Virus record (IMG/VR): IMGVR_UViG_3300028591_000096
From: a virus
Taxonomy: Duplodnaviria > Caudoviricetes
Reading direction: 5' to 3' (one strand)
Length of the DNA: 64,000 nt
The first letter of the stretch is position 1; every line of letters starts with the position of its first letter. Positions 59,778-64,000 of the stretch are shown piece by piece. The notes beneath the pieces are model-generated. The model was not told where the DNA came from. It saw only the letters and a program-made list of their open reading frames with translations, and did not search any database. The position numbers were made by a program, and so were the translations under genes.

Positions 59778-59856
59778 TAAAAAATAAACCTCAGATCTAA
59801 TTAATCTGAGGTTTATTTTTAATTATGCAAGATTAAAAAAAGGATCCAGTTTAATA

Positions 59857-62451
59857 TTAGAATACCATGCGTCGAGGTTCTGACTTCAGTACTCTTTGTT
59901 GACCTGTAGAACCTCTATATACCGTCAGTCGAAGTTCTACCGCCTCGCCAGCCTCAATCATGTAGTTCTGTCCGTTCACCTGAGGCAGGATATCTACCGA
60001 GAACGCACCGCTCGTGTTGCCGTTGTAGATGATGATTCGGCACTCCATGCTCGTGTTAAGATTTTCGAGATACGGTACACCAATACCACTGCTATGCACC
60101 ATATTACCGCCTGTCTTCTTCACAGTCGTGATGAGCGTCGTATAGATCGTTTCGTTCCCCTGTGCATCAACCGTCTGTAAGTCGAACACTCCGTCTGTAG
60201 CACTGTCGAGTTCCTGTGATGTGTACAGTGTTTTCTGTCTTCCAAGCACGATGTCGCTCAGTCGGTGTGTGTTCAACAGCAGGTTGTCGTCATTCGCCGC
60301 ATGGTTTTTTCCAGCGTTGCTCAGCGTCACCTGATGGTCCTCGCTGAGTGAATCTCTCATATACTCACTCCGCAACACAGTCAGGTCGCTGTCTGCGTTC
60401 TGGATATTCAGTACACAGTCAAGACGATTATTGGAGAAGGAATAGGAATAGGTATTCGTCACAACTGGATTGCCGTGGTTGTCCAGTTCCACGTACAGGT
60501 CGTCGCCATCCTTCATGTGCGCCTTCAGGATGTCATCACCGTTGTTCTGCCAGTACACGTCATACGACACCTTGCCCGTCGTGTCCTGCACGGTAGCATT
60601 GGCACTCAGAATCTGATTGCTTCCGCTGGCATTCATCCACATCTCACTCTGCTCGTATAGCGTGCCGCCGATGTTCTGCGTGCGGACTTGGGCTCTGATT
60701 ACATCGTCCCCGTTGTTGTACAGAGTCACTCCTCTATCCGCCCAGTTGCGCGAGTACGAAGCCAGCACGTCGTTCCCGTGATTCATAAGATTCATGTGCG
60801 TATCTTCATCGTCGAGGTCGTGACTCGCATCCAGCAGCTGACCCTCCCCGTTATTCTCCATCGATACGCTCACTGTCTGATTGTTGCCATCCCTTTTCTC
60901 TGCTCTCAGCACCTCGCTACCTTCTGGATTCTGAAGCGTCGTCGTGTAGACATTGTTTCCGCTCGTAGGAAGATTCTCTCGTCCTCTCAGGATGCTGGTT
61001 CCATCAGTCATTACCTGCGTCTCTCGTACTATGTCACCCGTATTCGGGTCTGACGTGAATGTTCCACGTAGTACGTCATGTTCTCCTGCGGCTGTTATCA
61101 GTACATACCTCTCAATATCATTCCCATCACCGTCATGTCTGTAGGATCCATACACCAAGTCATTACCTTCCACCTGTACTCTAGTCGTGGCGTCACTTCC
61201 GCTCGGTCCGTCTTGTCTTTCTGCCCACAACGTGGTGTTTCCGCCTACCAGCATCTCAAGCTTGTGAGTCTCTGTACCACTGGACTGATCATAGAAGTTA
61301 TTGATACACAGACCATCATCGTCTCCAGTGCCAGGACGCTTCAGATTCACTGTGTGTGACTCATTCTGACCCTGCGTCCTGTCACCCTCGTCTGTCACCT
61401 CAAGCAATCGGTTGCCGCCATCGTGATACGAATCTAGGAAGAATACCTTGCCAGTGACGTTCCCGTCTTTGTCCGTACCAGAAGGATTCGAGTGAAGCAT
61501 CTGAGCCGTACCACCTGGATGATAAAGAATATACCTCCGTCCATTAGCCTGCATGATGTTCTCGTGCCCGCCACGCACCGTGTTCGGTGTCTTAACCGAG
61601 ACGTTCTCCTCTCTGTCCACCACGCCATCGTTCTCCAATCTTGTCACAGCCTTGATGACTGGTTCGCTCCCCAGGTCTATCTGCAACGTCTGGTCGTGAA
61701 TGTCCGTGCCGTACTTGTACCCCAGTCCGTTCGAGTGCGAGTTCAGGAGCGCACGGTCTGGTTTCAGGACGAAGTTCGTATCACTGCCGCCTTTGATGGT
61801 CACGCCACCAGCGTTGTCCTTGTTCAGCGTTATCTCAGGTTCAGTCGTGTCATCGTTCGGAGCACCCTTCAGCCGTACCCCAACCTCGTTGACCTCGATG
61901 CGGACGGCTCCCTCCGTGTCCTTCACCTTCACCGTGTCTCTGTTAATCTGTATTGCCGGATGTTCATGACCAGCATCAGGGTAGTCAATCTGCACCAGGC
62001 CACTGTCGGTGAGTTCCATCACTTCGTTGCCGTTATTGTCACGGACCACAGGGCCACGATGGTTTGTACCGTACACGCCCCTCATCTCGTCCAGGTCGTC
62101 TCGCAGACTCTCATCAGCTTCCACTCTCTCCATTTTCTCTTTTGCATCAGCTTCCTCACGCTCTAACTTCTCCGTTGCCAAACCATCGGCTGCAATTTCG
62201 TTTGCTTCATGGAAATCGTTTTCGTTGACAAAAGCAACGACATTATCTTCTGTGTTTCTAATTGTAAGTGCTTCAACGCCTTTTCCGTAATTAACTGCTA
62301 TTTCTCCATACAATAAGGTATCATCTGTTGCTTTACCTGTTGATGAATCAACAGGTTTTTTTGGTGTCACCAAGAAATCATCAATACCATATTGCGTGGT
62401 TGTTTCTGCAACATTACTTTTAACGTGCAATACATGTTTTCTATCTGCCAT
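59857..62451 (-). CDS. Tail fibre/spike-like protein with a GC-rich repeat-containing C-terminal module
   Basis: N-terminal anchor LYGEIAVNYGKGVEALTIRN, short coiled-coil repeats, then recurring NxGxxVLxA units. Confidence 0.65.
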   Translation of the reverse strand: MADRKHVLHVKSNVAETTTQYGIDDFLVTPKKPVDSSTGKATDDTLLYGEIAVNYGKGVEALTIRNTEDNVVAFVNENDFHEANEIAADGLATEKLEREEADAKEKMERVEADESLRDDLDEMRGVYGTNHRGPVVRDNNGNEVMELTDSGLVQIDYPDAGHEHPAIQINRDTVKVKDTEGAVRIEVNEVGVRLKGAPNDDTTEPEITLNKDNAGGVTIKGGSDTNFVLKPDRALLNSHSNGLGYKYGTDIHDQTLQIDLGSEPVIKAVTRLENDGVVDREENVSVKTPNTVRGGHENIMQANGRRYILYHPGGTAQMLHSNPSGTDKDGNVTGKVFFLDSYHDGGNRLLEVTDEGDRTQGQNESHTVNLKRPGTGDDDGLCINNFYDQSSGTETHKLEMLVGGNTTLWAERQDGPSGSDATTRVQVEGNDLVYGSYRHDGDGNDIERYVLITAAGEHDVLRGTFTSDPNTGDIVRETQVMTDGTSILRGRENLPTSGNNVYTTTLQNPEGSEVLRAEKRDGNNQTVSVSMENNGEGQLLDASHDLDDEDTHMNLMNHGNDVLASYSRNWADRGVTLYNNGDDVIRAQVRTQNIGGTLYEQSEMWMNASGSNQILSANATVQDTTGKVSYDVYWQNNGDDILKAHMKDGDDLYVELDNHGNPVVTNTYSYSFSNNRLDCVLNIQNADSDLTVLRSEYMRDSLSEDHQVTLSNAGKNHAANDDNLLLNTHRLSDIVLGRQKTLYTSQELDSATDGVFDLQTVDAQGNETIYTTLITTVKKTGGNMVHSSGIGVPYLENLNTSMECRIIIYNGNTSGAFSVDILPQVNGQNYMIEAGEAVELRLTVYRGSTGQQRVLKSEPRRMVF

Positions 62452-62602
62452 TCTAAAGTTTAGTTATTGTTGTTTATTATATTATAAATATCATAAAAAA
62501 TAAACAAAAATTAACAAAAAATTTTTGGCTGTTCCAAAAATATGCATTATCTTTGCAAACACTAAGAAAAAAAATGTTTAACGTTAAAAAAAATGAGAAA
62601 TT

Positions 62603-63148
62603 ATGAGTAAAATTAAGATTAACGACAAAGTAATTGTCAAGAAAATTGGAAAGACTGGTGTAGTAAAGGGTCGTGATACGATTGCCTTGGGTGATGGACG
62701 AGTTAAGGTGGAGTACATTGTCAAGACTGATGAGGGATTTGAAAATTGGAATACCTACTCAAAGAAGGAACTTGAAAAGTTTCTTCCTACTAATGAAATT
62801 AAAACCACTCCAACATTAGTTGTTGATGCCCCTAACGGTTATAAGGTAACTCTTGTGGTTCTTGTAACAAATGAGCGAGTATTGAAGGATGCATTTGATG
62901 AGGATGGTTATTATGCTCCTTATCAGCGTAAAGGAAAAGATTTGAAAATCGGTTATGCAATTTGTAATCCTAATGATAAATATGACTACGATTTTGGAGT
63001 CCGTGTAGCAACTCATCGTGCAAAGAAGAGTCCTTTCTGTCACCTTATTAGTGATTTTAATGGAGAGTTTAATAAAGAGACGGTTGATGCTTTGCTTCAT
63101 GTAAAGGCAGATTACATTGTTCGTAACATTGATAAGTTCATTCCTTAA
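62603..63148 (+). CDS. Hypothetical protein
   Basis: 181-aa ORF after an early promoter; IGYAICNPNDKYD motif. Confidence 0.7.
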   Translation: MSKIKINDKVIVKKIGKTGVVKGRDTIALGDGRVKVEYIVKTDEGFENWNTYSKKELEKFLPTNEIKTTPTLVVDAPNGYKVTLVVLVTNERVLKDAFDEDGYYAPYQRKGKDLKIGYAICNPNDKYDYDFGVRVATHRAKKSPFCHLISDFNGEFNKETVDALLHVKADYIVRNIDKFIP

Positions 63149-63280
63149 ATAAAGGTTTTTAATTTTGTAATATAATAAATGGTCGGAAATAATATAAAAA
63201 ATTCCGACCATTTTTCTTTGTTATTCCAATGTTTTGCATTATATTTGCAAATGAAAATAAATGAGATATTTTAAAAATAA

Positions 63281-64000
63281 ATGGCTAAAATTACTTATCG
63301 CACCATTTTGGTAATTGGTGATAATCACGAAGAAATTGTAAAGAAATATAGCGCAGATACCAAGGTGAAGAAATATGTTAAATTGAAATTTGCTGATGCA
63401 GAAAAAGAACGTAAAAAACATGTTAAACTTCTTGAAACCATTTTAACAGATAAACGTATTCCTTTGTCAGATAGTCAATATGACACATATAAGGAAATGT
63501 ATTTGTTGTTTAATGCAATGGATGATTTTGAATATTTCCGTGAAATAACTGATGGTTGTGAATATGATGAGAAAACAGGCGATGCATTGACAGATGAAAA
63601 TCCAAACGCCTTTTATAAGTATGAGCATTGTCAGCAACACAGATTAGATGTAACTGGTGAAGAGGGTGATTTTTCGGATCCGTTTCCTTTGAAAGATGGT
63701 ACAAAGGCTTACTCAGCACATTTTAATGATATTGATTGGGAACAGATACATCGTAATCCTAAAAAAATTGCATTGAATGCAAGGGTATGGGAACTTGTTG
63801 TCAATAATGATGAACCACAAAATGAGCAAGAGGAAAATATTAAAAAAAGGATGTATGAAAGGATTGCCTATTTTGAAAATAATTTCAAAACTAAAGAGGA
63901 ATTTATCAATCATTCATCAAGTTTGTGGTATTGGGGAGTCGCAACTGACAAAAAGTATGAAGAAGTGAACTATAAAGTATCAGATATGGATTGGTGCATT
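63281..64000 (+). CDS. Hypothetical protein (runs off window)
   Basis: Open frame MAKITYRTILVIGDNHEE... to the end of the window, after an early promoter. Confidence 0.7.
   Translation, partial: MAKITYRTILVIGDNHEEIVKKYSADTKVKKYVKLKFADAEKERKKHVKLLETILTDKRIPLSDSQYDTYKEMYLLFNAMDDFEYFREITDGCEYDEKTGDALTDENPNAFYKYEHCQQHRLDVTGEEGDFSDPFPLKDGTKAYSAHFNDIDWEQIHRNPKKIALNARVWELVVNNDEPQNEQEENIKKRMYERIAYFENNFKTKEEFINHSSSLWYWGVATDKKYEEVNYKVSDMDWCI

Noticed and set aside
59896-62290. Numerous + strand ORFs overlapping the fibre gene
   Set aside because: Antisense shadows caused by the high GC of the imported module; no starts, motifs or promoters support them.
1-64000. Genome-wide stop-codon reassignment (TAG=Gln as in Lak phages, or TGA=Trp/Gly)
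   Set aside because: All long core genes are open in code 11, TGA and TAG end several bona fide genes, no CTA/TCA/TTA suppressor tRNA was found, and internal stops are confined to the decaying 47-53 kb island.

Overview
AT-rich 64 kb segment of a large T4-like (contractile-tailed) jumbo phage. The host is most likely Bacteroidales/Prevotella, based on about 15 copies of the Bacteroidetes -7 promoter GTTGTATATTTGCA, a DUF4494 gene and A-rich non-SD translation starts. The standard genetic code fits. Virion and packaging genes: tail sheath, tail tube, tape-measure-like, baseplate gp6/gp25-like, small terminase, and a large terminase fractured by an atypically split intein. Replication and metabolism genes: a family-B DNA polymerase split into two genes about 19 kb apart, ThyX, a GuaB/GuaC-family enzyme, Dam, ClpP and an S1-domain protein. 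Two tRNA arrays (42.9-46.3 kb and 55.2-57.1 kb) contain many degenerate or structurally odd tRNAs, followed by a circularly permuted (two-piece) tmRNA. Best candidate for a new system: a DUF2828-type (TROVE/Ro60-like plus vWA) gene at 39768-41117 with a dispersed family of at least 7 small RNAs. These share a covarying 7-bp closing stem plus RYA-CAGCAA. One carries a circularly permuted tRNA domain (YrlA Y-RNA topology) and one displays a tRNA-Lys(UUU) anticodon arm. Also present: five copies of a ~200-bp TnpB-omegaRNA-bearing MITE whose ends can be fixed from an empty-site paralog in the window, a second TnpB remnant family, a decaying island of small imported genes (47-53 kb), and a fibre gene with a GC-rich swapped module. 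All calls were made by eye from motifs; no searches or folding programs were run.
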